Shown: positions 1-9,636 of the stretch, one piece after another
Layout: each line of letters opens with the position of its first letter
Numbering within the stretch: position 1 is the first letter of the stretch
NCBI GenBank assembly: GCA_965216325.1
Contig: OZ244160.1
Span: 352,001-416,000 of the forward strand
Length of the DNA stretch: 64,000 bases
Direction: 5' to 3'
Origin: Coraliomargarita sp.
Lineage (GTDB): Bacteria; Verrucomicrobiota; Verrucomicrobiia; Opitutales; Coraliomargaritaceae
Notes under the pieces: model-generated
Seen by the model: only the letters and a program-made list of their open reading frames with translations
What the model was told of the DNA's origin: nothing
Databases searched by the model: none
Translations under genes and position numbers: made by a program

Positions 1-25
1 CTTCACGCAAGTGGGGGCTTTTTTT
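1..25 (+). terminator. Partial rho-independent terminator at window edge
   Basis: GC-rich GTGGGGGC followed by a T-run; the 5' arm is largely cut off by the window start. Confidence 0.4.
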
Positions 26-109
26 GTCGCTGGGAGTCAGAGATGAGTTCCGAGCGTAGCGACATGACCGGGCCGCTGCTAGGAACCGGACCAGCTGCGA
101 AGCAGATTA

Positions 110-198
110 CGTATCGCCATTCCGATTGCTACCGATGGGGATACTTTTGCATTATAAGAGAAATAGAAACGGTTCGTGATGCCATCCCCGTAGGCCGA
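110..198 (+). repeat. 89-bp imperfect direct repeat, copy 1 (upstream of fic)
   Basis: Ungapped alignment to 1301-1389 with 70/89 identities counted by hand. Confidence 0.85.
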
Positions 199-300
199 TT
201 TCCATCAGTAAGCCCAGCCAACCATGGCTGGGCTTACTTGTATCTGATTTCCAAATATTGCACCTCGACAAAACCGTAAAGTAATGCTTTATGGTTATCT

Positions 301-1287
301 GTGGATTTAGACGGAGTATCAAAAAAGAAGGAGCGGCTGGATGTTTATCGCCCTCTGCCGCCTGAACTTGTGCGTAATCTTGAGGAGTGGTTCTTAGTTG
401 AGCTGACTTATACGAGTAATGCGCTTGAAGGGAATACCTTGTCACGTAAAGAGACAGCGGCAGTTGTGGAGAAGGGGCTTACTGTTGGTGGCAAGACCTT
501 GGTTGAGCATCTTGAAGCAACGAATCACGCCAAAGCTTTGAAGGATGTGCTCCGTTTGTCACAAACCCCAACTGGCGAACTTAGATTGGTAGATGTGCTA
601 CAGATTCATGAAACGGTTCTACGTGGGATTGATGATGACAATGCGGGGCATTTTCGAACGATTCCTGTTCGTATCTCGGGTTCCCCGGTGATTCTCCCAA
701 ATCCTGTGAAAGTGCCAAATATGATGGAGGCGTTCATCGAATGGGTGGTCACGAGCACGCATCTACATCCTGTAGAATTGGCTGCGGAGGCGCACTATCA
801 GTTGGTGACGATTCATCCATTTGTGGATGGAAATGGGCGGACCGCTCGACTGTTGATGAATTTGATCCTGATGCAGAATGGCTATCCACCAGCGATCATC
901 CGAACGCGAGACCGATTGAAGTATATCGGCGGTTTGGAAAAGGCGCAGCTAGGTGGCCCCAAGGGCGACTACAACAAAGTGATTGGAGATGCTGTTGATC
1001 GATCACTAGACATCTACCTAAAGGCTGCTGGAGGGGAAGTCGCTGATACAGATTCGGGTCGAGCGCCGGACTTGCTCCGTATAGGCCAATTGGCTCGTGA
1101 GACTGGGGAGAGCAATGCGACAATTCGCTACTGGACGAAGGAAGGCCTTTTGAATGTGGCCGATACAACGGATTCCGGTTATCAGCTTTATCACCCAGGA
1201 ATGATTCAGCGTGCTGCGAAGATTCGTGAGCTTCAGGGACAACGATTCACTCTAAGTGAAATTAAAGGCCAACTTGATAAAGAATAG
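301..1287 (+). CDS. Fic-domain protein with C-terminal MerR-type HTH
   Basis: Canonical Fic motif HPFVDGNGRTAR; N-terminal inhibitory motif SNALEG; C-terminal RIGQLARETGESNATIRYW...GLL...SGYQLY is MerR-like. Confidence 0.92.
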   Translation: MDLDGVSKKKERLDVYRPLPPELVRNLEEWFLVELTYTSNALEGNTLSRKETAAVVEKGLTVGGKTLVEHLEATNHAKALKDVLRLSQTPTGELRLVDVLQIHETVLRGIDDDNAGHFRTIPVRISGSPVILPNPVKVPNMMEAFIEWVVTSTHLHPVELAAEAHYQLVTIHPFVDGNGRTARLLMNLILMQNGYPPAIIRTRDRLKYIGGLEKAQLGGPKGDYNKVIGDAVDRSLDIYLKAAGGEVADTDSGRAPDLLRIGQLARETGESNATIRYWTKEGLLNVADTTDSGYQLYHPGMIQRAAKIRELQGQRFTLSEIKGQLDKE

Positions 1288-1300
1288 ATTCTTCTAATTT

Positions 1301-1389
1301 CGTATCGCTATCCCCATTGCTACCATTGGGGATGCAAGGTCATTTTTAGAAAATTAGAATCGGTTCGCAATGCCATCCCTGTAGGCCGA
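1301..1389 (+). repeat. 89-bp imperfect direct repeat, copy 2 (downstream of fic)
   Basis: Matches 110-198; contains the hairpin ATCCCCA...TGGGGAT. Confidence 0.85.
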
Positions 1390-1517
1390 CCACCGAGAAA
1401 CTACCTAAGCTTCTCATTTAGAGCAGCTTAGGGATTTTTATGCCTAGATTTCTCGGTTCACAATGTCGCACAATGGGCTGTTTTGAGCCAATACTGTGTA
1501 GATTTAGCTACACAACT

Positions 1518-1610
1518 TTATGCTGCTATTTCTTGGTTCTCGTCTTGTTCGATCCATTTGAAGAGCGAATCGCGTCTTATGAGGACACGCTTACCTTTCC
1601 TCAGGGTAGG
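1518..1610 (-). pseudogene. C-terminal remnant of an excisionase-like (HTH_17-type) protein
   Basis: Frame reads PTLRKGKRVLIRRDSLFKWIEQDENQEIAA*, resembling the end of excisionase-like HTH proteins; no recognisable N-terminus. Confidence 0.4.
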
Positions 1611-1785
1611 CTGCGGGGGTATAGAAGTGAAACTTCGCATTTAGATAGATGGTTTGGTTCGCTGGATTTTCGGGTAAGGTTTTTACTGAAAGGTCGCCTA
1701 TAGTTTCGGAGGCAGAGGTTGGCTGCTGAGCATTTACGTGCAGCAACAATTGCGTAAAACAGATAAATAGGAAATGCGTCTTCAT
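1591..1785 (-). pseudogene. 5' fragment of a secreted protein, truncated
   Basis: MKTHFLFICFTQLLLHVNAQ signal-like start just after the sulfatase; ends after about 64 codons at the junction with the excisionase-like remnant. Confidence 0.5.
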
Positions 1786-1825
1786 TACGGTCTGTATCAG
1801 TGACGATCTGTGGGCGAATGTCTGT

Positions 1826-3688
1826 TTAGTCTTGTCCATGCTTAAGATATTCCATCCGCCAGAGGGCAAAGTTGCCCTTGCGTGGTCCCTTTGCCCACGC
1901 GGTTTTTTTCAATGGTTCAGCATTAATCGTGAAACCTTTGGTATCCTGCAGGAGGACTGCAGTGTTGAGGATCAGGTTCGCTCTGCCAGAGTCTGTCTCG
2001 GCTTGGAGGGCTTCCATTAATACCGGACGTGGATCCGCTTGTTCGTTGAGTGCAAGGAACTCGGCGGCTCGAGTGCGCACTAGTGAGTCCTCATTCTCGT
2101 TCTGGGCAATGCTGGCTGCCTGTTCGTAGAAGGGAGCTGCTTGACTGCCGAAATTGCTGCAAGTGATCAAGCCCCAGTAGCGCTGCATCGAGTCGTCGGA
2201 ATTGAGCGCAGCTTGAATCGACGACTTGGCTTCGGGGAAGGGCTGCAGACTAAGGTTGGCGATGCGAAGTAGCTCACCGATTCGGTCATGATTTGCCGCA
2301 CCATATGCAGTTGGATTGCTACCGCCTTCCTTCAATAGAATCGGTTCAGGAATAAAGCTTAGGTCGGGCATGGATTGTAGACGTTCATTGAGTCGTCTGC
2401 GCAGCTCGAGTAGCTTATTCGTATAGGCAGGATCGTTGGCGAGGTTGACGAGTTCGTGTGGGTCGTTCTTGAGGTCGTAGAGTGCCTCGGGCAGACGAGG
2501 CTGGAAGAACTGACTTTGTGCTTCGTTGAGCTCACCTGCTTCAAACAGTTCACGCCATTCCTGATACGCTAGCATCTTGTAGCGATAGTTGTTTTGCAGC
2601 CCATCGATGTTAAAGGGCTGGAAGTTACGCATGTATTTAAACTGACCTTTGCGCAGTGTGCGCACGAAGTCATACTTTTCGTCGAAACGGTCGGCATAGC
2701 CGAACGCTTCGTCGCGACTGTTGAGCTCATCGAGTGTGACTCCCTTACCCAGGAAGGCGGTGCCATCAATTGCTTCAGGGATTTCAGCATTGGCCAAGTT
2801 GAGCACGGTCGCAGCGAGGTCGACAAATTCAACAAAGCCATCAATACGGCTGCCTGCGGGGGCGGGCGACAGGTGCTGCCACTTTTCAGGAATATATACC
2901 ACCATCGGCACACGTAGACCGCTTTCATAGATGTAACCTTTGCCACGTGGAAGAACGCCACCATGGTCGCCGTAGTAGAAGATGATTGTGTCGTCCATCA
3001 GACCTTCTGCTTCGAGTTCAGCAACAACTGCGCTCATTTCTTGGTCCACTTTACTATGTAGGCCCAAATAGCGCGCGTAGCTGTAACGGAAGGTCTCGCT
3101 GTCGGGGTGGTAGGGGAAAACTTTGATGTCGTCAGGATTGATGTCTGTCGACGTGTTCATGTTGCCGAAATGCATTCGGCTCTCATGGGTGGTTGCAAAA
3201 TTCTTGACGTGGAAGAACGGCTGTCCTGGAGCACGGTCCTTGTAGGAAAACTTTCGGTTGGTGCTATCCCATGCGTCCTTAATGGTTTCCGGGTTAAAGT
3301 TGTAATCCATTTTACCCGGGTTGGTGGTATAATAGCCTGCTTGGCGCAAATAGTAGGGGAACAGCTTCAGGCCTTCCGGCATCGGAACGGTTTGTTGCTT
3401 ACGATGATAATGGGCACCGACCCGAGGGCCATAGCATCCTGAGATGATGGTGCTGCGGGCGGTTGAGCAGACAGGAGCACAGGAGAATGCGTTGTTGAAG
3501 ACGAGGCCTCCCGCAGCGAGGCGTTCGACTGTTGGCATGGCTGCGCCTTGTTCCGGATTATAGAGACGAAGCCAGTCGGCGGAGTTGTCTTCGGTGACGA
3601 GCCACACGATATTGGGTCTGTCTTGTTCAGCGTGAGTGCAGAGCGTTGCGACTAGGTAACTGACAATGAATAGTAAGGTTGTCTTCAT
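1826..3688 (-). CDS. Secreted S1 sulfatase with helical C-terminal extension
   Basis: PNIVWLVTED, CSTAR motif, GDHGG, ALYDLKNDPHE; likely start MKTTLLFIVS at 3688. Confidence 0.9.
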   Translation of the reverse strand: MKTTLLFIVSYLVATLCTHAEQDRPNIVWLVTEDNSADWLRLYNPEQGAAMPTVERLAAGGLVFNNAFSCAPVCSTARSTIISGCYGPRVGAHYHRKQQTVPMPEGLKLFPYYLRQAGYYTTNPGKMDYNFNPETIKDAWDSTNRKFSYKDRAPGQPFFHVKNFATTHESRMHFGNMNTSTDINPDDIKVFPYHPDSETFRYSYARYLGLHSKVDQEMSAVVAELEAEGLMDDTIIFYYGDHGGVLPRGKGYIYESGLRVPMVVYIPEKWQHLSPAPAGSRIDGFVEFVDLAATVLNLANAEIPEAIDGTAFLGKGVTLDELNSRDEAFGYADRFDEKYDFVRTLRKGQFKYMRNFQPFNIDGLQNNYRYKMLAYQEWRELFEAGELNEAQSQFFQPRLPEALYDLKNDPHELVNLANDPAYTNKLLELRRRLNERLQSMPDLSFIPEPILLKEGGSNPTAYGAANHDRIGELLRIANLSLQPFPEAKSSIQAALNSDDSMQRYWGLITCSNFGSQAAPFYEQAASIAQNENEDSLVRTRAAEFLALNEQADPRPVLMEALQAETDSGRANLILNTAVLLQDTKGFTINAEPLKKTAWAKGPRKGNFALWRMEYLKHGQD

Positions 3689-3692
3689 CAAT

Positions 3693-3908
3693 CTATTGGT
3701 GATTAAAGCGGAGAGGATACAGCGATTCGGCGGTTTGACGGATGGCAGCCACCATTTCAACATAAGGCGTGTCGCACACATCGACCAGCCCGACTTGGAA
3801 GTTTTCTCCGTCTCCGCGGCCAGTGTAGGCCTGCTCGCGGAAAGTTAACCAATGTGCGCCGACAATGTTGTCGCGCTTCATGGATTCGCGCATGTAGAAC
3901 GTGTAGGA
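3693..3908 (-). pseudogene. C-terminal remnant of a GH50 beta-agarase-like gene
   Basis: IVGAHWLTFREQAYTGRGDGENFQVGLVDVCDTPYVEMV matches the GH50 C-terminus; 5' part replaced by an ISL3 fragment. Confidence 0.75.
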
Positions 3909-4145
3909 GGCAACTCTGCCGACAAACACTGCAAAAAGCGACAGAATCGACCTGAAGCCTGAAAAGCAAGTGCTCCGGGCTGATTAAATCATACGATTCA
4001 AGGCTGTAGCCTTTCCAAAACAGAGCGCATAGATCAAAGTCCATTCATTGAAGCGGGGTTGGTGTGGTAGGTTTTGTGTGAGAACTTTACCTATAACACC
4101 TTCTCCGCTTCTTTGCATACATCCCCCAGAAATCGGCGATGAACC
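3909..4145 (-). mobile_element. ISL3-family left-end fragment
   Basis: Terminal GGTTCATCGCCGATTTCTGG followed by MDFDLCALFWKGY...FCSVCRQSC, like an ISL3 transposase N-terminus with first CxxC; truncated. Confidence 0.55.
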
Positions 4146-4955
4146 TTATTTTTTGTATCCGGGGCTTATCTGGCCATCTTTATCCAGCTTGTCCGCGGCC
4201 CAAAGAACACCTAGGGCTATCATTTTTTTGTAGACATCTTGTTCCATAGTTGAGGTGTCATGACCTAGTGTTGTACCAAACATTTTAATCCCCAAATTAG
4301 TGTGAGAAAAAATACATTCCTCGGTATATTTATCGCCCTGCAGAGTGGTTCCAGTTGCCAGAGATTGAGTCGTTTCTTTCAGAGTTGTTTCGTAGAGTTC
4401 GCCTTTTTCTGATTGCCAGCCATCGGAGCCGAGAGCCTTCATGACCGGGTGAGTTTTGTCCGTAACTTCAATTTTAAGCGGGGAAGGGTGGTGGTGACGA
4501 ACGCTGTTAAGACCGCAGATTCTATCCCATGCTTCACGTTTTGTTTTAAACCAAGTATGGAAAGAACCATGAGTCATGATCACACCGACTTTGTTTTTGA
4601 TATGATTATCGATCACTTTATCAATGGCGTCATCATCCTTAAAGAAGACTTGGCAGTGATTGTGAAGAACCACATCATAACCTTTGCAGAAGTCACCCTT
4701 GAAAACTTCCGGAAGTTTGTCTTCAGTGGGGGCAACTGGATGCTCTTTGGTAGATGTCCACTTTATGGTAACTTCAGCATTAATCTGACTTTCGATAGCC
4801 TCTTTTAATACAGGGGCTTGTTCTTCATAATCATGCCATCCACCACCAGTGATCATTAAGACTTTTATGGGATTAACTTCAGTGCTTGCACAGGCGAGAC
4901 TGGTACAAAGTATGATTAGCAATGTTGTTATTTTTTTCATTTTTTTTGTGGTCAT
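4146..4955 (-). CDS. Secreted ThuA-like (class I glutamine amidotransferase-like) protein
   Basis: VLMITGGGWHDY, HPVM, GELY, TTLGHD motifs; signal peptide. Confidence 0.85.
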   Translation of the reverse strand: MTTKKMKKITTLLIILCTSLACASTEVNPIKVLMITGGGWHDYEEQAPVLKEAIESQINAEVTIKWTSTKEHPVAPTEDKLPEVFKGDFCKGYDVVLHNHCQVFFKDDDAIDKVIDNHIKNKVGVIMTHGSFHTWFKTKREAWDRICGLNSVRHHHPSPLKIEVTDKTHPVMKALGSDGWQSEKGELYETTLKETTQSLATGTTLQGDKYTEECIFSHTNLGIKMFGTTLGHDTSTMEQDVYKKMIALGVLWAADKLDKDGQISPGYKK

Positions 4956-5000
4956 GGCATTCCTCCTTATAACGTTTTAATGTTTATACTTTGAAGCTGC

Positions 5001-6929
5001 TTACTTAATGCCCAGGTGTACTTCGGCGAATTGAAGACCAGAGGACTTTTTCACGGATTCTGTAATCAGAAGTTTGTATGTGCTGAATGCCTGGCCAGTG
5101 GCTAGTTTGAAATCACGTGCTTGAAGGCGGGAGGTGAACTGCTCATCCGTACGTTTATCCAGCGACGTCCAGTTTTTTCCATCATTTGAGCCCAAAAGCT
5201 CCCATGACTTCGGATCGCGCTCAGGCATGTCATTGCCACTGACAATGGTGTATGTTGTTGCTGTCAGTGACGACCCTTTTAATGAGAAAACAAAGGAGGC
5301 CGGAAATGTGGGGTTGCCATGGTAATATTTGGTGCCGTAGTTCCCGTCCACCAGTGTCTCTGGTCTGTGTTTGCCTTCAGTGTTTGCACTGGCAGTAACC
5401 GACGCATCCAGTCTTGGTTTTGATGATTTTGTGGCAGCATTCTTATGCCCTTTATTCGCAGCCCAATGGCTCGTCAATTTGTCAGCGGATCCTTTGTTTT
5501 GTGACTCCCAAGTAACCAGTTTACCGGGCTTATCAACATCGAGTGGATCTCCCATCTCTTTCTGAAGTTCAACAAATTCTCTCTTTAACTCCTGTATCTT
5601 TGTGGCGTACTCAGGGTTATCGATTAAATCATTCATCTCAGCCGGATCGTTCTTAATGTTGAACAGGCGCATTTTCTTTGCGGCATGTGGATAGAAGATA
5701 AGTTTCCAGTTATCCTTCAGAATCATGCGCTGAGAGTTCATGTACTTGCCATAAATTCTATCGTACTGAACCGTCTTCTCTCCCTTGATCAAAGGCATCA
5801 GACTTTTGAATTCCACATGGTCCGGTTTTTCGACACCAGCAATCTCAATTGCTGTAGCCATCGCATCCTGAAGGTAGATAGGCGTATCAATTTTGGAATC
5901 TGGTTTTATTCCCGGTCCGACAATAATAAAGGGAGGACGCATCGAGTGTTCATACATACTCTGTTTGCCCATCAAACCGTGATGGCCTGCCGCCAGACCG
6001 TGGTCCGCAGTAAAGATAATGTAGGTGTTGTCCGCTTTTCCACTCGCTTCCAAAGCATCCAGCATGCGCCCGATATGGTGATCCATATAGGTGATTGATG
6101 CATAGTACTCCTGACGGTTGCGCTTTACCGCATACTCCGTTCGAGGATAGGGTGCCAGAACTTCGTCTCGTAGTTTTTTTCCGCAAATCTCTGCTGCATA
6201 CGGGTACTCAGGCATATAGTTCTCCGGGATTTTGATAGAATCAAGCGGGTACATATCCACATACTCTTTTGGAGCCTGACGCGGGTCGTGCGGAGCATTA
6301 AAGGCCAGGTACATGAAGAAGGGCTTGTCATCATTCTTGACCTTGTCAAAGAACGTAAGGGTATTATCGGCCACCACCTGAGTCCAGTGGGTCCCCCCTC
6401 TCCAAAACCCTTGCTGTCTTTTGTCCCAGGGCAACCACTCGCTCTCATAGAGCTCCGGCTTAAAGGTACGCTTGTAGCGTGCAGGTGTCTGGTTCGGCAT
6501 ACCACCACGTACATCCTTCTTTACGTCAAAACGCGGGTTAGCGTGTACGTGCCATTTACCTGTCATGTACGTGGTATAGCCGGCGCTATTCATGATTTGA
6601 GACCAGTGCGGGTACTGTTTGACACCTTTCTCGGCCCGGTTAACAAAGCGGCCCGAGTTGAGCATGGCCCGGCTGGCAACACATACTGCTCCGTCCCAAG
6701 CTCCCATATTATAGGTATGGGTAAACGACACCCCACGTTTCACCAAACGGTCAAGATTCGGCGTTTTTATATTCAATTGTCCGTACGCACCGATCGATTC
6801 ATAGGTCTGATCATCGGCAAAGATGAACATCACGTTGGGCTTTTCCGCAGCACCTTCCGCGGCTGACAACTGACCGGCAAAGGCCAGTGCTGCTGCCGTT
6901 AGGATGGTTTTTATTTTTTGGGTGATCAT
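5001..6929 (-). CDS. Secreted S1 sulfatase with C-terminal F5/8 type C (discoidin-like) domain; shared leader
   Basis: PNVMFIFADD, CVASR, GKWH, ADHG; C-terminal DGNYGTKY...DPKSWELLGSNDGKNW. Confidence 0.92.
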   Translation of the reverse strand: MITQKIKTILTAAALAFAGQLSAAEGAAEKPNVMFIFADDQTYESIGAYGQLNIKTPNLDRLVKRGVSFTHTYNMGAWDGAVCVASRAMLNSGRFVNRAEKGVKQYPHWSQIMNSAGYTTYMTGKWHVHANPRFDVKKDVRGGMPNQTPARYKRTFKPELYESEWLPWDKRQQGFWRGGTHWTQVVADNTLTFFDKVKNDDKPFFMYLAFNAPHDPRQAPKEYVDMYPLDSIKIPENYMPEYPYAAEICGKKLRDEVLAPYPRTEYAVKRNRQEYYASITYMDHHIGRMLDALEASGKADNTYIIFTADHGLAAGHHGLMGKQSMYEHSMRPPFIIVGPGIKPDSKIDTPIYLQDAMATAIEIAGVEKPDHVEFKSLMPLIKGEKTVQYDRIYGKYMNSQRMILKDNWKLIFYPHAAKKMRLFNIKNDPAEMNDLIDNPEYATKIQELKREFVELQKEMGDPLDVDKPGKLVTWESQNKGSADKLTSHWAANKGHKNAATKSSKPRLDASVTASANTEGKHRPETLVDGNYGTKYYHGNPTFPASFVFSLKGSSLTATTYTIVSGNDMPERDPKSWELLGSNDGKNWTSLDKRTDEQFTSRLQARDFKLATGQAFSTYKLLITESVKKSSGLQFAEVHLGIK

Positions 6930-7016
6930 TTTATGCTCCTTTGTTAACTTTTTTTCGCCCGCGTTTATCTGCTATTCAGATGTGGACTATTTTTTCCACT
7001 TAACTTTCTTATCAAA
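6930..7016 (-). repeat. Type-A spacer repeat with orphan CBM6 gene end (FDKKVKWKK*)
   Basis: Homologous to about 13545-13627, 21105-21168, 23547-23626 and 25945-26022. Confidence 0.85.
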
Positions 7017-7194
7017 ACAAGGCCTGTCCGCTTTGTTTTTACTCAATTTATTAAAATTTAAAATTGCCGGGTAACTTATTGTTAATGTTCCAGCTTTTGC
7101 GAAATTTTATTTTAACATGAAGGCTCGTTTCACTCGCTCGGTATTCGCCTTCAAATGCTTTTACTTCTTTTTACTGTTCTTCTTGCCCATTTTC

Positions 7195-9009
7195 TTATCT
7201 GTTGGTCTTTGAATGACAGATATCATCGTGCGTGAAATCGGCCAACGGCAGTCCAAGCCCTTCACGAGTTTGCCATCCTCTCTTATCCCCAGTGTAGATA
7301 TCACAATTGAGAACATATGCATATTTTGCAGCCTGACGTTTTCCGTTGACGACAAATCCAGTACGCAGTTCATTAGCAACACCTTTTTTAAGCGATACTT
7401 TAAATGTCACCTCTTTTGCCCCTTCCGGGATAGCAATTTCCTGTTTGTTTCCGGCAAAGTCGATGTATGCTTTGTCTGCTCCAAGTGCTTTTCCACTGTA
7501 TTTAGCATTGATCGCCTGATCTGCTTCCGCAGCCCAGCGACGGATTGAGACTTCGTAATTACCATCGATAAGAACATCAACCATCCATGGAGCATCGACA
7601 GTTGGTTTGCTTGGAATATGAGTTTGATTCCAGCAAGGCAATCCTTTCGGCACCATATGGTCATGCGATGTAAGTACAGTTGGATTCTGTTCCTTTGCTC
7701 CCAATGCGACACTGCTGAAAATATGGTGTTCCTTGGACACATCAGACCAGAACGACTCATACTGTCCACGCATCATATTAAACACTTCTGGGAACTTCTG
7801 AGCAACATCATTTTTCTGCATCGGATCATTTTTGATATCGAACAACTGTTTTCCATTAACTAGACGCCACTTGTCGGTCATCACCGATGATTGCCTCCAT
7901 TTTCGAGGAGTTACGACACGCTGTGATTCCACAACGAGAGAACGATTACGAAGAGAGTTTTTATCACCGTAAATTATATTCTTAATGCTTGTCCCATCGA
8001 ACTTTACTGACGGTGCTTTAAGATCCAGCATATCAATAAATGTTGGTAGAATATCAAGGTGTGCAGTTAGCTGATTCACATCTTTACCACCACCAATTTT
8101 ACCTTCCGGCCAACGCATGAACCACGGCACACGGTGCCCACCTTCGTACTGAGAACCTTTTCCGCCACGCATACCCCCAGAGTTATAGCGTGCCCCAGCC
8201 GAGCTTCCGTTATCTGTTGTATACACAAGAATCGTGTTCTCCTCAATTCCTTCAGCTTTAAGCATTTCGCGCAGTGCTCCAAAGTTATCGTCAATATTGG
8301 TGATCATCCCGTAAAAACCTTCTGGAGTTTTAGTGTGATTGTACATATCCAGATATTTCTGGGGAGCGCGCATTGGTCCATGCGGAGCATTCGGTGCAAT
8401 ATAGGCAAAAAACGGCTTACCGCTTTCTTTACTCTGTTTAATAAATTTCTTCGCTTCGCCGAACCAGTTATCAGTACAGAATCCTTCAAACTTTTTAAAT
8501 TCACCATTAACATAATAGGTATCGTTAAAGTAATCATTCCCCCAGAAATCTGGAGTCTGCCCCACTCCGCCACCACCGTGCATTGCCACATAGGTGAATC
8601 CACGGTCTTCAGGACGATATGGGAACGCGTCTCCAAGATGCCATTTGCCGAATAAACCTGTCTCGTAGCCATTTTCAGAAAATACATTTGCCATTGTGAC
8701 TTCACGTGTACGCAGCATGTTGCGGCCAAGAACTGTATGCCATACTCCAACGCGGCCTGAATAACGTCCCGTCATAAGAGCAGAACGAGTCGGTGCACAT
8801 GTCGGATCCACGTGGTAGTTTGTCAATCGCACACTGTCTGTGTAGAACGAATCAATATTCGGTGTTTTTATCATATCATTCCCATGACACCCCATATCAC
8901 CATATCCCTGATCATCGGTGAGAACGATAATTACATTCGGCTTATCAGCTGCAGTTGCAGCGCACCCCAATATGCCTAACCCCAAAAGCCCTAAACAATG
9001 TTTGTTCAT
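7195..9009 (-). CDS. Secreted arylsulfatase (S1)
   Basis: PNVIIVLTDDQGYGD, CAPTRSALMTGR, GKWHLG, TDNG, YEGGHRVP. Confidence 0.93.
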   Translation of the reverse strand: MNKHCLGLLGLGILGCAATAADKPNVIIVLTDDQGYGDMGCHGNDMIKTPNIDSFYTDSVRLTNYHVDPTCAPTRSALMTGRYSGRVGVWHTVLGRNMLRTREVTMANVFSENGYETGLFGKWHLGDAFPYRPEDRGFTYVAMHGGGGVGQTPDFWGNDYFNDTYYVNGEFKKFEGFCTDNWFGEAKKFIKQSKESGKPFFAYIAPNAPHGPMRAPQKYLDMYNHTKTPEGFYGMITNIDDNFGALREMLKAEGIEENTILVYTTDNGSSAGARYNSGGMRGGKGSQYEGGHRVPWFMRWPEGKIGGGKDVNQLTAHLDILPTFIDMLDLKAPSVKFDGTSIKNIIYGDKNSLRNRSLVVESQRVVTPRKWRQSSVMTDKWRLVNGKQLFDIKNDPMQKNDVAQKFPEVFNMMRGQYESFWSDVSKEHHIFSSVALGAKEQNPTVLTSHDHMVPKGLPCWNQTHIPSKPTVDAPWMVDVLIDGNYEVSIRRWAAEADQAINAKYSGKALGADKAYIDFAGNKQEIAIPEGAKEVTFKVSLKKGVANELRTGFVVNGKRQAAKYAYVLNCDIYTGDKRGWQTREGLGLPLADFTHDDICHSKTNR

Positions 9010-9044
9010 ATTACATACTCCCTTATTTGTTAACTTTTTTCGAT

Positions 9045-9636
9045 TGATGTGCCCTGAGATTGTTGGACAGAGGATTCCGTTATTTTGATGTTTGGTGTTT
9101 ATGGACTAGTTGTAGTTGATGCAAGCCGTTAGGCTTGTGTTAATGCCCCCCATGGGGGGCGCGGATTTTTCCTCGAACTGAATCGGGTTTTTATAGCCCA
9201 GCGAGGAGTGTTTCCGGAAGCGGTTATAGAACACTTCGATATACTCGAAGGCGTTGCTGCGGGCCGCATTTTCGTCGAAGAAGACTTCATCGCCGACTGT
9301 CGATGTCTTGTATCGACCATAGAAGGATTCCTGAGCGGCATTGTCATAGCAGTTGCCTTTAGCGCTCATGCTCTGCTCGATTCCGAAGCACTTCAACATG
9401 GCTTCGTAATCGTAGCTGGCATACGTGCTTCCACGGTCACTGTGATGGATCAGTCCCTTTGGCAGTTCGCCGCCGCGGGTCAGCACGGCAGCCTGTAGCG
9501 CTTGGCAAACCAACTTTGAGTCATTGCGCGAAGAGACACTCCAGCCAATGATCCGGCGACTATACAGGTCCATTACTGTGGCCAGATAACACCAGCCATG
9601 TTGCACCCGAAGATAGGTCGTGTCCGCAACCCAGAC
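9045..9636 (-). mobile_element. IS3-family right-half remnant, inverted relative to the copy at 36511-37833
   Basis: IR TGATGTGCCCTGAGATTGTTGGACA at 9045; near-identical to the DDE region of the full copy; breaks at 9636 against IS1380 sequence. Confidence 0.92.

Noticed and set aside
1340..1394. tRNA gene
   Set aside because: GGTTCG and a CCA-like end are present, but I could not build a cloverleaf; kept only as part of the repeat
1826..6929. Non-canonical sulfatase motifs CSTAR and CVASR as novel
   Set aside because: Variation at the Pro position of CxPxR is known among S1 sulfatases; Cys and Arg are retained
7161..7225. Possible frameshift removing a Lys-rich tail from the arylsulfatase
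   Set aside because: The alternative frame gives a plausible ...KKMGKKNSKKK end, but it affects few residues and cannot be judged without homologs
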